Below are positions 52,380 to 63,088 of a stretch of DNA of 64,000 nt, piece after piece. The notes under the pieces were generated by a model that had not been told where the DNA came from, did not search any database, and was given only the letters and a program-made list of their open reading frames with translations. Made by a program: the position numbers and the translations under genes. The DNA is taken from NCBI GenBank assembly GCA_963823665.1, contig CAWGMQ010000008.1, positions 1,248,001 through 1,312,000 of the forward strand. The letters are read 5' to 3'. How positions within the stretch are numbered: position 1 is the stretch's first letter; each line of letters starts with the position of its first letter. This DNA comes from an uncultured Planctomycetota bacterium (GTDB lineage: Bacteria > Planctomycetota > Planctomycetia > Isosphaerales > Isosphaeraceae).

Positions 52380-52485
52380 GCCAAGGCCGGGGCGGAACAA
52401 ACTTTCGCACGCGCGGCCGGCCCTGTACGATGAACGCTTCAAGCGACTGAGCAGCGCCCTATTCATCCGGGGAGACGTTTGTGCC

Positions 52486-54855
52486 ATGGCACGAGTAAGA
52501 CGATTTTGGCCGTCCGCGCAATTGTTGGTCTTCGCAGTCTTGGGGCTGGCTTCGGTCGAGACGCCGGCGCTAGCCCAGCAGGGTGCGGCGAAGGTGGAAA
52601 AGACGGCCACAAAGGGCGTAGGAGGTCAACCGCAAGGGCAGAGGCTGGGCGCGTTCACGCCCGCAGCCGCGCCTGCCATCAAGCTCAAGGAGCCGGTTGA
52701 ATTCCGGGTTTACCAGCGGAATGCGAACGGCAAGGCGGACATTCCGTTCGTGCTCGACGATTCCGTGAAGGACGGCAAGGTTTTGAGTGCGAGCATCATG
52801 GCGGGAAGCGGGAGCAACCGGAGCGCTTTCAACCGGGCCGAGTCCAAGCTGGCTGGGGTTCCGACAGGCGGACCATACCAGATCGTCTGCGTTGTGAAGC
52901 AGGGCGACAAGGTGGAAACGGCCGTTCCGGTGGCCAACGTGTACGTGGGCGACCTCTGGGTGCTGGCGGGCCAGTCGAACATGGAGGGCGTCGGCGACCT
53001 GGTCGACGTGACGCCGCCCAATCCACGAGTGATGCTCATGGGAATGGACGGCCGCTGGGGGATCGCCGAAGAACCCTTGCACTGGCTGGTGGACTCGCCG
53101 GACCCTGTCCATTCGGGCAACGCGGCGGACCGCGCGGCGCGGGCGGCGCAAACGCACAAGAACCGTTCGAAGGGCGCCGGCGTAGGCTTACCGTTCGGGG
53201 TGATGATGACCGAGGCGACCGGCGTGCCGATTGGACTGGTCGCCTGCGCCCATGGCGGGACCAGCATGGAGCAGTGGAATCCCTCCAAGAAAGAGCAGGG
53301 GGGCAATAGCCTTTACGGCTCGATGATACGGCAGGTCAAAGAGGCCGGCGGCAAGGTGCGCGGGGTGCTCTGGTATCAGGGTGAAAGCGACGCGCTCGGG
53401 CAAGGCGAAGCATGGAAGGCTTATCCCCGTGTGTTCGCCGATTTCATCGCGGCCGTACGGTCCGATTTCGGGCAGCCGGAGCTGCCGTTTTACTACGTGC
53501 AGATCGGGCGGTTCATCTCGGGAGCAAATCCCAAGGGCTGGAACGCCATTCAGGATGCACAGCGCACGCTGCCTGAGCGGGTGCCCAATACGGGTGTTGT
53601 CTCGGTGATCGATCTCGAGCTCGACGACCTCATCCACGTGGGAACCCAAGGGCTGAAGCGAGCCGGCCAGCGGCTGGCCCGGCTGGCGCTGCGAGAGCAG
53701 TTCGGACAGATCGGGGCGATGACGCCGACGCTTGACCGCGTCACGCAAGGACCGCACAACACGCTGGTGCTCAAATTCAAAGGTGTGAACATGAGCGCCT
53801 CTATAAATCATCGAATGGGGCAAGGGCAAGGGATGGGGATGAGCTTCGGCGGCACGAACAGCCCCGGAGAGGCTGCGAGTGCGGGACTGAAGCCCGAGCG
53901 ACACATCGGCGGCTTCTCGATCCGCAAAGCAGATGGAACCGAAATCCCGCTCATCTTCGAGGCGGCCGTCGGCAAGGCGCGGGACTCGGTGATCCTGAAG
54001 CTCACCGGGCCCGTGCCCGCGGGTGCATTGCTGTGGTACGGCCACGGGCTTGATCCTCTGTGCAATCTGACCGATGGCCTGGACATGGCTGTGCCGGTTT
54101 TCGGGCCGATCGGCCTCGATGAAATCGCGCCGGCCGGTGCGCATGCCAGCAACGGAGCGGTCAAGGTGCTGGTCATCACGGGCGACACGGTCTCTGCTCA
54201 CAACTGGAAGGCTACAACGGCCGAGCTAACGAAGATTCTCGAGAAGGACGACAAGGCCAAGGTTACCGTGACCACCACGCCAGCCAAGGACCTGACCGAT
54301 CAAAACCTGGCCAAGTACGACGTCCTGCTGCTGAATTACTTCAACACGGCTGCAGGCGGGCCGGATACAAAGTGGTCCGATGCCAACAAGGAATCGTTTC
54401 TGAAGGCGGTGCGGGACGGAAAGGGTCTGGTCGTTTTCCATCATGCATCGGGCGCGTTCGCAAACCCCAACTGGGACGAATTTGAGAAAGCGGTTGCCGG
54501 CGGCTGGCGATCCAAGGGCAATCACGGGCCACCGCATGTCTTCAACGTCAAGAAGACCGAAACCAAGCACCCGATCTCGGACGGGTTGCCGGCGCAGTTC
54601 GAGCACAAGATTGACGAGCTCTATCAGAATTCCGTGATGGTACCGGGCAACATCGTGCTTGCGACGGCGTATTCGGACCCACAAAAAACTAAAGGAACGG
54701 GCAAGGATGAGGCGGTAATCTGGGTGAACACGTACGGGAAAGGGCGGGTGTATGAAAACTCGATGGGGCACGACGTCGAGGCGCTGTCCGACCCGCAGCT
54801 TCAGGAGTGGCTGCGGCGGGGAGTGATCTGGGCCGGCGGGGGGAAGCTGGATTGA
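52486..54855 (+). CDS. Sialate O-acetylesterase-like (SGNH/DUF303) domain fused to a ThuA-like domain
   Basis: GDLWVLAGQSNM, VLWYQGESD and DLIH, then VLVITG..HNW, DELY, YGKGRVY..MGHD. Confidence 0.88.
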   Translation: MARVRRFWPSAQLLVFAVLGLASVETPALAQQGAAKVEKTATKGVGGQPQGQRLGAFTPAAAPAIKLKEPVEFRVYQRNANGKADIPFVLDDSVKDGKVLSASIMAGSGSNRSAFNRAESKLAGVPTGGPYQIVCVVKQGDKVETAVPVANVYVGDLWVLAGQSNMEGVGDLVDVTPPNPRVMLMGMDGRWGIAEEPLHWLVDSPDPVHSGNAADRAARAAQTHKNRSKGAGVGLPFGVMMTEATGVPIGLVACAHGGTSMEQWNPSKKEQGGNSLYGSMIRQVKEAGGKVRGVLWYQGESDALGQGEAWKAYPRVFADFIAAVRSDFGQPELPFYYVQIGRFISGANPKGWNAIQDAQRTLPERVPNTGVVSVIDLELDDLIHVGTQGLKRAGQRLARLALREQFGQIGAMTPTLDRVTQGPHNTLVLKFKGVNMSASINHRMGQGQGMGMSFGGTNSPGEAASAGLKPERHIGGFSIRKADGTEIPLIFEAAVGKARDSVILKLTGPVPAGALLWYGHGLDPLCNLTDGLDMAVPVFGPIGLDEIAPAGAHASNGAVKVLVITGDTVSAHNWKATTAELTKILEKDDKAKVTVTTTPAKDLTDQNLAKYDVLLLNYFNTAAGGPDTKWSDANKESFLKAVRDGKGLVVFHHASGAFANPNWDEFEKAVAGGWRSKGNHGPPHVFNVKKTETKHPISDGLPAQFEHKIDELYQNSVMVPGNIVLATAYSDPQKTKGTGKDEAVIWVNTYGKGRVYENSMGHDVEALSDPQLQEWLRRGVIWAGGGKLD

Positions 54856-54928
54856 GCCGCGCGAGCGCGCCGTGTTAGTGTTGCGGATTAGCGGAACCTG
54901 CACTTTTATCCGAGGAGCAATTGCCGCC

Positions 54929-55732
54929 ATGTTGCATCCACGAGTGTTTTCGCCTTTCATCGGCTGCGCCTTGGTCGCGGCTTTCGGACTGGCTGCGAGT
55001 GAACCCGCCGCACGCGCGGTGTCCGGTCAGGATGGCGCGCCGGTCAAGGTGCTGATCATCACCGGCGACCATGGCCATGCCTGGAAGGAAACCACCGAGC
55101 GGCTCAGCGACGTTCTGAATGCGGGGGGAAAGATCAAGGTGGACGTGACGATCACGCCCTCCAAAGATCTGACGGATGACAACCTCTCGAAATATGACGT
55201 GCTCCTGCTCAATTACAAAGATACGCCGAAAGGCGCGCCGGAATCGCGCTGGTCCGAAGAGAACAAACAGGCTTTCCTCAAGGCCGTGCGCGACGGGAAG
55301 GGGCTGGTGCTGTTCCATCACGCCTCGAGTGCCTTTATCAAGCCCAACTGGGATGAGTTTGAAAAGGCCATCGGCGGCGGCTGGCGGTCTCAGGGAAACC
55401 ACGGTCCGAAGCACGTCTTCACGGTGAAGAAGACCGACGCGAAGCACCCCATCTCTGAGGGGCTGCCGTCGCAGTTCGAACACAAGATCGACGAGCTGTA
55501 TCAGAATTCGGTGATGGTACCCGGGAACGTCGTGCTGGCGACGGCGTATTCCGACCCAGCAAAACAGAAAGGGACGGGCAAGGACGAGCCGGTGATCTGG
55601 GTGAATAGCTACGGCAAGGGCCGCGTCTATGAGAACGTGCTGGGCCATGATGTCGAAGCGATGTCTGACCCGCAGTTTCAGGAGTGGATGCGGAGGGGTG
55701 TGATCTGGGCCGGCGGCGGGAAGCTCGATTGA
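54929..55732 (+). CDS. Secreted ThuA-like domain protein
   Basis: Signal peptide; highly similar to the C-terminal domain of the preceding gene. Confidence 0.88.
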   Translation: MLHPRVFSPFIGCALVAAFGLAASEPAARAVSGQDGAPVKVLIITGDHGHAWKETTERLSDVLNAGGKIKVDVTITPSKDLTDDNLSKYDVLLLNYKDTPKGAPESRWSEENKQAFLKAVRDGKGLVLFHHASSAFIKPNWDEFEKAIGGGWRSQGNHGPKHVFTVKKTDAKHPISEGLPSQFEHKIDELYQNSVMVPGNVVLATAYSDPAKQKGTGKDEPVIWVNSYGKGRVYENVLGHDVEAMSDPQFQEWMRRGVIWAGGGKLD

Positions 55733-55746
55733 GCGGTGAGAGGGCG

Positions 55747-56087
55747 ATGTCTCTTCTTCCTCACGGACAGCGTGACTATAGCACGGTGCGGCTCTCGCGG
55801 CATGCGCTCGAGCGGTTCGTCGAGCGGTTTGCCGCGGAGCCCGGCGTGGCCGCCAATGAGATTCGCGGGGCGCTGCGCGCACCCGCCGGTTGGGCCGCAA
55901 CCCGCAGAACGGGGCGATCGCTGTGCTGGGGCTTTACCGGAATCAGGTTCTGGTCGCGATCGTGCAAAAGGCGACCTGCATGACCGTCTTGACCTGGAAC
56001 CAGTTCCTGCCTCGACTCGCGGACTTCGGCCGGGGGAAGCTGCCGCGGAAGTGGGGGCGAGTGCTGCGCAGGCTGAGCGAGAACTAA
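55747..56087 (+). CDS. Small hypothetical protein with HALERFVER motif; frameshift ~55880
   Basis: ORFs 55684..55983 and 55890..56087 join into one ~113-aa protein. Confidence 0.55.
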
Positions 56088-56137
56088 TCCCTTCGCGCAG
56101 CGAAGGGCGACATTGGAGCGGAACACCCTCGGGAAGA

Positions 56138-58227
56138 CTAAGTCGAGTACGTTCCGTAGATGTTATTATTCGAGGTCGTGGCGGCGTTCAGTACAACCAG
56201 CGTCGTGCCCGAGAGTATCGTCGTCGCGCCGGTGGTCAGAAAGAGGCCGCCGCCGACTCCCTGGCCGCCGCCAGCGCCGCCCTTGGCCAGGTTCAGTGTG
56301 ACCAGGGTGTCGTTCAGCGTCATGGTTCCGGAAGAATAAACGCCGCCGCCGAGAGCGAGGCCGCCGCCTGCGCCACCGAGCGCCTCGTTGCCGATGATCG
56401 CCGAATCGGTGACGGTCATAGAACCACCGTTATTGATGCCGCCCCCTATGGCAGCGCTCGGTAATGCACCATCCGTCGCGGCACCGCCGATGGCCTCGTT
56501 GGAGGCGACCGTGGAATCGGTGAGCGTGAGGAGGCGCCCAATGCTCTCGATGGCCCCGCCGATGCCCACGCCAGCCTGGTTTCCCACCCCCGAAGCGCCG
56601 GAACCCACCGCCTGATTGTCCATCAAGATGGTGTCGTCGAGCGTCCCCGAGCTCGTGAGCAGAAAAATCGCCCCACCCAGCGCGCTACCGCCTTGCGCGC
56701 CGCCGATCGCACTGTTGCTTATCAGCAGGCTGTTCGTCAGGCCGAGGGAGCCACCTTGATCCTGGATCGCACCGCCCTCTCCGAAACCGCCGCCCGGACC
56801 GCCAACGGCCTGGTTCGCGATGAATGTGCCGCTGTTCACCGTCATCGGACCGTCGCCGAAGAGACGCCCCCTTCGGCAGATCCTCCCGTCGACGATGCGG
56901 ACGCCGGAACGATCGCCATGTTTCCTCGGAACGTGCTACTGCTGATGGTGGCCTGATTTCCGAAGAGCGTCTGCACAGCCACTGCGCCTCCCTGCACCTC
57001 GAAGCCGCCGCTGGCCAAATTATCGGTGAAGGACGATCCGGTCACAGTGAGGTTGGTGCCGGGATCGACATAGACGGCCCCACCCGTGGCCTGAGCGGAC
57101 GCAGCCGTTCCAACGGCCGAATTGCCCGCGAACGTGCAATTCGAGATAACCAAGCTGCCGGCGGGATGTATGCCGTTGTTCGTCGTGTAGATGGCTCCTC
57201 CCAGAGAAAAGCCGTTCGGGCCGCCCGCCAAGGCAGTGTTGCCCTTGAACAGGCTGCCAGAGACGTTCAATGAGAACGCGCCGAAAGCAGAGATCGCGCC
57301 GCCATAGGCCAACGACGTGGAACTGCCGCCGTCGGTGTTATTCGAAAACGTGCTGCCGGTGATCGTCGCGGCGCTGAATTGCAATTCCAGGCCGCCGCCG
57401 GAATAGCCGGTATTATTGCTGATGGTGCTGCCGGTGATGGTCAACGCCGTCGGGCCGAACAAGTAACTGGAGACAATCCCCCCGCCGTTGGCGCCGGAGT
57501 TGTTGCTCACCACACTGCCCGTGATCGTCGCCGTGCCGAGGTTGTTGATTCCACCGCCAAAGCCGTTGGTCGGCGCCGCGGTGTTACCGGTGATCGTGCT
57601 GCCGCTGACCGCAAGCACTCCAAAGGGATTGTTGGAAATACCACCGCCGTAGAAGCCCGTATTATCGGATACGACGCTGTTGTTTACCGTCAAGCTGCCG
57701 TTGTTGTTGATGCCGCCTCCGTTAAACGCGGTCGAATTGCCGGTGACCACACAGTTGGCGACTGTCAGGGCGCCGTAGTTGTTGATGCCGCCACCGCCGT
57801 ATGAGCTTGCCGGCACCTGCCCCCCCGTGAACGTAAGGCCCGAGATGGTGGCCGTCACGTTGGCATCGACTGCAAGGTCCTCGAATGCGTTGTCTCCGTT
57901 GATCGTCACCTTCTTCGGCCCCGGTCCCTGGATTGTCACGCTCGTAGCGACCTCGAGCGGCCCACTGCTGAGCGTGATCGTTCCATACGCCGACGGAGCG
58001 AAGTTGATTGTTTCACCGGCGACCGCCGCGCCGAGCGCGGCTCGCAGCGAGCCGGCGCTGCTGTCGCTGTCGTTGGTCACCGTGATCGTGCTCAACAACG
58101 TACGGGCTTCGAGAGCGGCCACCTCCGGCAGGCAATGCACGCTTGCCTTGCGCGGACGTCGTCGTCGACTTCGATGCAAGGCGCCCAACCAGCCAGGTCT
58201 CGAGGAATTCATGGTGTACGCCAACAT
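56138..58227 (-). CDS. Secreted LEPR-xLL beta-helix protein with GG(A/G)I repeats (Pmp-like); frameshift ~56865
   Basis: AALEARTLL, VTNDSDSSAGSLRAA, many GGGI.N.G.LT and N.A.GG repeats. Confidence 0.85.
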
Positions 58228-58470
58228 GGTGATGATTCCTTTAAACAGGGAAAGAGCTTGGCCGACCGCCTTGGATCGAACGCATGGTCCGGAAGACCGT
58301 GGCCACTGCTGAAACCCGTCCTACAACGTAGGCGCCGGCCTGGCGGATTCTGGGCGCGCAGCGATCTTATTTTTCACGATCCTGCGCCGGAACCCCTTGG
58401 GCAGGTCTCGCCGGGGGCAAGGGCAAACACGGTGAGCGACGATTGCGACTGGGCCGGCCCGTCGTGACGC

Positions 58471-61155
58471 TCACACTTCGGCTTCCGCCGGTGCGACGGG
58501 GATCGACTTGGGGGCGAAACCCAGGATGACGCGGCAGGGGGCGTGCTCGAGGACGTAGCGGGTGTTCGAAGCGAAGGCGGTGGTGTCGCCGCGGCGGTAA
58601 ACACCGCGGAGGCTCATGAAGATGGCGTCGAACTTGCCGTCGATCGCGGTGCGGACGATCTCGGGCCCGGCCTCGCCGCGCGCGACTCGCCATTCGACCT
58701 GGCGACCGAGCGCTCGGGCACGCTCGGCGGCACGCTCGGCAACCGCCTTGGCTTCGTCGATCGAGTCGTGACCATCCTTCGATCCCTCCTCGGCGACGTC
58801 CATGAGCGTGACCGAGATGGCCGGGTCGAGGAAGCTCATCACCGTGTCGAGAAAATCGACGGAGAGCGGGCTGCCGTCGTAGGCCAGGAGCAGCCGCTCG
58901 ACCCCGTGCCAGCTCTTGCGAAGATCGGAGAGGATGCGGGCGGTTTCGGCCGGCAGCACGCCGACCTTGGGGATCATGCTGCCGCCCGCGATGTCCAGCC
59001 GAACGTCGCGGTCCTTGGCGAGCACACGGATCGAGAGCGGCTCGGGCTTGGCGCCGCACACGTTGAACCAGTAAAGCGCCACCTGGTCGAGCTGATCTTC
59101 GGGACGATACTTGTTGGACTGGCCCATGATCAATTCCTGGGCGCCGATTGTCTTGGCCGTGCGTGCCATGGCGAAGAACGGCTCGTTGGTGGGCACGATC
59201 ACCGGCTTGACCGGCTTGCCGGCGTGCTCGGCCAGGTTAACGACGGCCGTCAGAAGCTGGCGGTCGCGGACGGTGATCGACGGGTCCAGATCGCCCGAGC
59301 CGAGGGGGAGCACTGTTGCGGTCATCACCACGACGTCGGTCGTCTCGGGATCGGTCTCATCCAGGCAGCGCTCGAGCATCGCCAGGTTGAACGGCGACCG
59401 GATCGCCACGAGCTTGCGATAGGGCATGGTCACGGCTAGCGATTCGACGGAAAGCTGCTCGGCCTGCCTCTGGATGAACTGTTCGAGATGCTCGTGCTGC
59501 GATGCGGCGGCTTTGCCCACGCGGCGGCGATGCGCATGCTCGCTGAACCAGAAAACGGCAAAGAAACCGGCGGTGAATACCACGCCGGTGATCGTGGCAA
59601 CCTCTTTGGTGAGCAGATTGGCGATGGCCACGACCGCCAGGACGAGAAAGATCAGCGTCATGCCGACGGGGATGTCGAAGCGACCGACGCGGAAGTTGAA
59701 CGGCACCTCGTATTCGCGATGCTCGGGCCGCTTGAAGCGGAGGATGAGCATCGAGAGCGACATGAAAACGAAGCTCCAGATGACACCGAAGGCGTAGGCC
59801 TCGCCCAGAGCCAGCACGTCGCCGCGGCTGCAAACGATGGTGACGATTTGCAGCACCACGACCAGGTTGATCATGCGAGACGACGTTCCAAACCTGGGAT
59901 GCGGCTTCAAGAACCAATCGGGGAGCACGCCGTCCTCGGAGACGCGGTTGAGCACGCCGTTGGAGCCGACGATCGCGGTATTCACTGCGCCGGAGAGGAT
60001 CAGGAAGCCCACCACAACCACGATGCTGTTCAATATGAGGCGGGCCCACATCGGGCCGACGACGTTCATTGCGAGGCCGCCGATCAGGTTGTCGCTGTAT
60101 CGCGACATCCGCACGCCATCAGGGATGATCATCACCGCGAAGAAGCTGATGAGCGACGTGAAGAGCAGGCTGTAGAGGAAAACAACGAGCGCAGCGCGCT
60201 TGAAGTTTTTGAGCTTGGGGCTTTCAACCTCGCGATAGACCTGGGCAAGCGTCTCCTCGCCGCTCATCGCCAGGATCGAGTGGCCGAAGGAGAGCATGAT
60301 GCCAATCACCCCGAGCAAGCTCAGCCAGGAGCCGCGGAAGTTCTCCGGGCGCAGTGAATGACCGAGCGACGTCTCGCCCATGAAGCCGAGAGGGTCAACC
60401 TGCTTGCCGAAGGGGTCGAGGAGAGGCTTGCCGTCGACGCCGACCTTTTTGGAAAGCTCAGGGGTAGTGGGCGGGAGAGTGTGTTTTCCAGGTACAACGG
60501 CGATCGTGATCAGGCACCAGACGATCATGACGACGCCCATGACGGTTGTCGCCATCATGATTTTCAAGGCGCGGTCGCTGGACTCGTGGATTCCCTTGAT
60601 GTTCACCCGCCAGAAGTAAGCCGTAACCAGGATGGCAATCGCCGAGGAGAGCACGTTCTTGTAGCTGAGGAGCACACTATTCTGGCCCAGCTCGAAGAGG
60701 TCGTTGATGAGACCGATGATGTATTGACCGGCCGTGACGGAGCTGACCGGGCCGGTGAGGATGAAGTCGAACAGAAGAGCCGAGACGGCCAGCCGCGCGA
60801 GGCCGCCGCCCATGGCCTCCTTGACGATCCGGTACACGCCGCCGCGGACGAACATGGCGCAGCTTTCGATGTAGATGCTGCGCACCGTGTAGCTGAAAAG
60901 CATGACGGCCAGGATGAACCAGGGGGCGGCGCGGCCGATCTGGGACTCGACGATGCCGCCGATATAGTAAGCCGTGCTGGCAAGGTCGCAGAGGACGATG
61001 GCGGCTGTGCGCCAGAACGAGATGAACGTGAACATGACGCTCGTGACGACGAGCACCTGGCCGGGCGTGGGGCCCTTTCTCTTGGGCGTGGGTGAGGCGG
61101 CGAGGACCGCTTGAGCCGGTGCGGTCGGGTCGGAGGCAGGCGGATCGTCGGCCAT
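58471..61155 (-). CDS. APC-family amino acid permease fused to universal-stress-protein-like domains
   Basis: About 12 TM segments, GGVYRIVKEAMG, SGEETLAQVYRE; C-terminal LLLAYDGS..VLEHAPC. Confidence 0.88.
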   Translation of the reverse strand: MADDPPASDPTAPAQAVLAASPTPKRKGPTPGQVLVVTSVMFTFISFWRTAAIVLCDLASTAYYIGGIVESQIGRAAPWFILAVMLFSYTVRSIYIESCAMFVRGGVYRIVKEAMGGGLARLAVSALLFDFILTGPVSSVTAGQYIIGLINDLFELGQNSVLLSYKNVLSSAIAILVTAYFWRVNIKGIHESSDRALKIMMATTVMGVVMIVWCLITIAVVPGKHTLPPTTPELSKKVGVDGKPLLDPFGKQVDPLGFMGETSLGHSLRPENFRGSWLSLLGVIGIMLSFGHSILAMSGEETLAQVYREVESPKLKNFKRAALVVFLYSLLFTSLISFFAVMIIPDGVRMSRYSDNLIGGLAMNVVGPMWARLILNSIVVVVGFLILSGAVNTAIVGSNGVLNRVSEDGVLPDWFLKPHPRFGTSSRMINLVVVLQIVTIVCSRGDVLALGEAYAFGVIWSFVFMSLSMLILRFKRPEHREYEVPFNFRVGRFDIPVGMTLIFLVLAVVAIANLLTKEVATITGVVFTAGFFAVFWFSEHAHRRRVGKAAASQHEHLEQFIQRQAEQLSVESLAVTMPYRKLVAIRSPFNLAMLERCLDETDPETTDVVVMTATVLPLGSGDLDPSITVRDRQLLTAVVNLAEHAGKPVKPVIVPTNEPFFAMARTAKTIGAQELIMGQSNKYRPEDQLDQVALYWFNVCGAKPEPLSIRVLAKDRDVRLDIAGGSMIPKVGVLPAETARILSDLRKSWHGVERLLLAYDGSPLSVDFLDTVMSFLDPAISVTLMDVAEEGSKDGHDSIDEAKAVAERAAERARALGRQVEWRVARGEAGPEIVRTAIDGKFDAIFMSLRGVYRRGDTTAFASNTRYVLEHAPCRVILGFAPKSIPVAPAEAEV

Positions 61156-61207
61156 CAGCGAGTTTTGTCCGGGAGAGTCGCTCGGCGTGCGCCGGGCAAG
61201 TGGGCGA

Positions 61208-61750
61208 TTACAACGGAGTTACAGCGCGGTCGTCAAGAGGGGATGGGCGTTCTTCGACGCTCGCCGCGCTGCGGACCGGCGCGGCGGGCCTGCGGCTGGT
61301 GATCCAACCGCCAGCCCAGATGACCGCCAGACCGAAGAGGTCGAGCAGGACAATTTCAATTTGCCAGGCCGAGGTTGCGCCGAGCCGGAGGACGGTTGAC
61401 GCGGCGTCCGACGGGTCTGATCGCTCAGCAGCCAGATTGGCCAGGAATCGAGAGAACGCATTGCCCATGAACCCGGTTGGCCCGGGATTGACCGTCACCA
61501 CGTGATAGCCCACGAGCAGGAAGAGCGCAGTCATGCCGCCGCAGAGCATTCCGTTGATCCGACCCGCTGACGATCGGGGAAGCCACCGTAGCGCGTTCAG
61601 GACCGCCAGGTTTAACGAAATGATTCCCATTGTGACCGGCGGAAACACCAGAATGAGCCAGAGGAAGCGCCGGAGCAAAGCCATTTCGACGGCGAAGAGC
61701 GCGATGAAAGCCATGAGGCGGCCGATCAAGAGGCGAGGCAGGGATCGCAT
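61208..61750 (-). CDS. Hypothetical membrane protein
   Basis: RLLIGRLMAFIALFAV N-terminus; four hydrophobic segments. Confidence 0.6.
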   Translation of the reverse strand: MRSLPRLLIGRLMAFIALFAVEMALLRRFLWLILVFPPVTMGIISLNLAVLNALRWLPRSSAGRINGMLCGGMTALFLLVGYHVVTVNPGPTGFMGNAFSRFLANLAAERSDPSDAASTVLRLGATSAWQIEIVLLDLFGLAVIWAGGWITSRRPAAPVRSAASVEERPSPLDDRAVTPL

Positions 61751-61810
61751 GGCGAGATTCTCAATCTTTGCATGGCGCTCTGGTGGGTCCGGCGCTCTTG
61801 AGACGCTTGC

Positions 61811-62854
61811 TCAGGCAGGCTCACTCTGCGGTTGCGAGAGCCGGCGGGCGACCTCGGCGGCGATGGCGTCGGTGAAGGTATCGGTGGATTCGTTGCCGCC
61901 CAAATCGCGGGTGCGCACTCCCTGGCGAAGGAGGTCGAGCGTGGCGTTCTTCACGGCCTGGCCGATGGCGATCTCGCCGAGCTGGTAGAGCAAGAGGGAA
62001 AGGGCCAGGAAGATGGCTGTGGGGTTTGCGAGGTTCTTGCCGGCGATATCGGGGGCTGTGCCGTGGGCGGCGTCGAAGAGCGCGACGCGGACGACCGCGG
62101 CGGCGTCAAAGCCGAGATTGGCACTGGCGCCGATTCCCAGCGATCCCGCCAGACCGCAGGCCATGTCCGACAGGAAATCGCCATACTCGTTCAATACCAG
62201 CACGATCTGAAATTTCTCCGGGTTCATGATGATCTTGCCCAGAAGTGCGTCGAAGAGCTCGACGGTATGGGTAACCTCGGGAAACTGGCCGGCGACTTCG
62301 AGGGCGACCTGCTCGAAGAGGCCATCGGTTGCCTTCTGGATCGTGTATTTCGAGGAGCTGGTGACCTTTTTCCCGGTCTTTCTGGCGAGGTTGAAGGCGT
62401 AACGGGCGGCCTCGCGCACGGGCCCGCGCTCGACGATGCGGAGGCTGACGGCCCCATCAAGGCCGATCATGCGGCCGGGGTCGTCGTAGGTTCCGCCGGT
62501 GGCGATGCGGACGATGTCCACGTCGAGCTCGGGGCGAAAATTGGTCGGCACGCCGGGAATGGTGTAAACCGGGCGATGGATGACGGAGAGCTCGAGCCGG
62601 CGCCTGAGGATGGCGTTGGGGCTTTCTTCGGCGGTCGTGGTCGGGTGTTTAAGCGCCACCCGGGTGGCGACGATCTTTGCGACGGCTTCGTCGTAAATCG
62701 ATTTTCCGCTTCGCCTTCGGTTTTCAAGGGAGAAGTCGACGGGAATGAAATCGAGATCGATCGGCAGTGCGCCAGCCAGACGATGGATGGCCCGCGAGAG
62801 CTCGGGACCGATGCCGTCGCCCAGAAGCTCGGTCACCTGGTAAGAAGGACGCAT
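61811..62854 (-). CDS. Isocitrate/isopropylmalate dehydrogenase family protein
   Basis: GDGIGPE, NEYGDFLSD, HGTAPDIAGKNLANPTA, TRDLGG. Confidence 0.9.
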   Translation of the reverse strand: MRPSYQVTELLGDGIGPELSRAIHRLAGALPIDLDFIPVDFSLENRRRSGKSIYDEAVAKIVATRVALKHPTTTAEESPNAILRRRLELSVIHRPVYTIPGVPTNFRPELDVDIVRIATGGTYDDPGRMIGLDGAVSLRIVERGPVREAARYAFNLARKTGKKVTSSSKYTIQKATDGLFEQVALEVAGQFPEVTHTVELFDALLGKIIMNPEKFQIVLVLNEYGDFLSDMACGLAGSLGIGASANLGFDAAAVVRVALFDAAHGTAPDIAGKNLANPTAIFLALSLLLYQLGEIAIGQAVKNATLDLLRQGVRTRDLGGNESTDTFTDAIAAEVARRLSQPQSEPA

Positions 62855-63088
62855 GTAGCGCGCGGTCTCCACTGCGGGAGCTAGTTTTTTGATTCGGGTG
62901 CGGGAAGGCCGGGGGGCAAGCGGCCCGAAAAGTGCACTGATTGTACGGGCCGGTCCGCAAATACGTCAAACTTGGTGCAACCCGTAGCGAAGTCGAACGG
63001 GTCGCTTGGCAGCAGGTCTCAGCGGGAGGTATATTAAGTTGAATTGCGCCGTGATCGATACCTCCGACCTCGGGCCCGGAGTGGTGTG

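Noticed and set aside
61811..62854. Calling this gene leuB because leuA is in the window
   Set aside because: It lies ~37 kb from leuA and lacks diagnostic LeuB substrate motifs.
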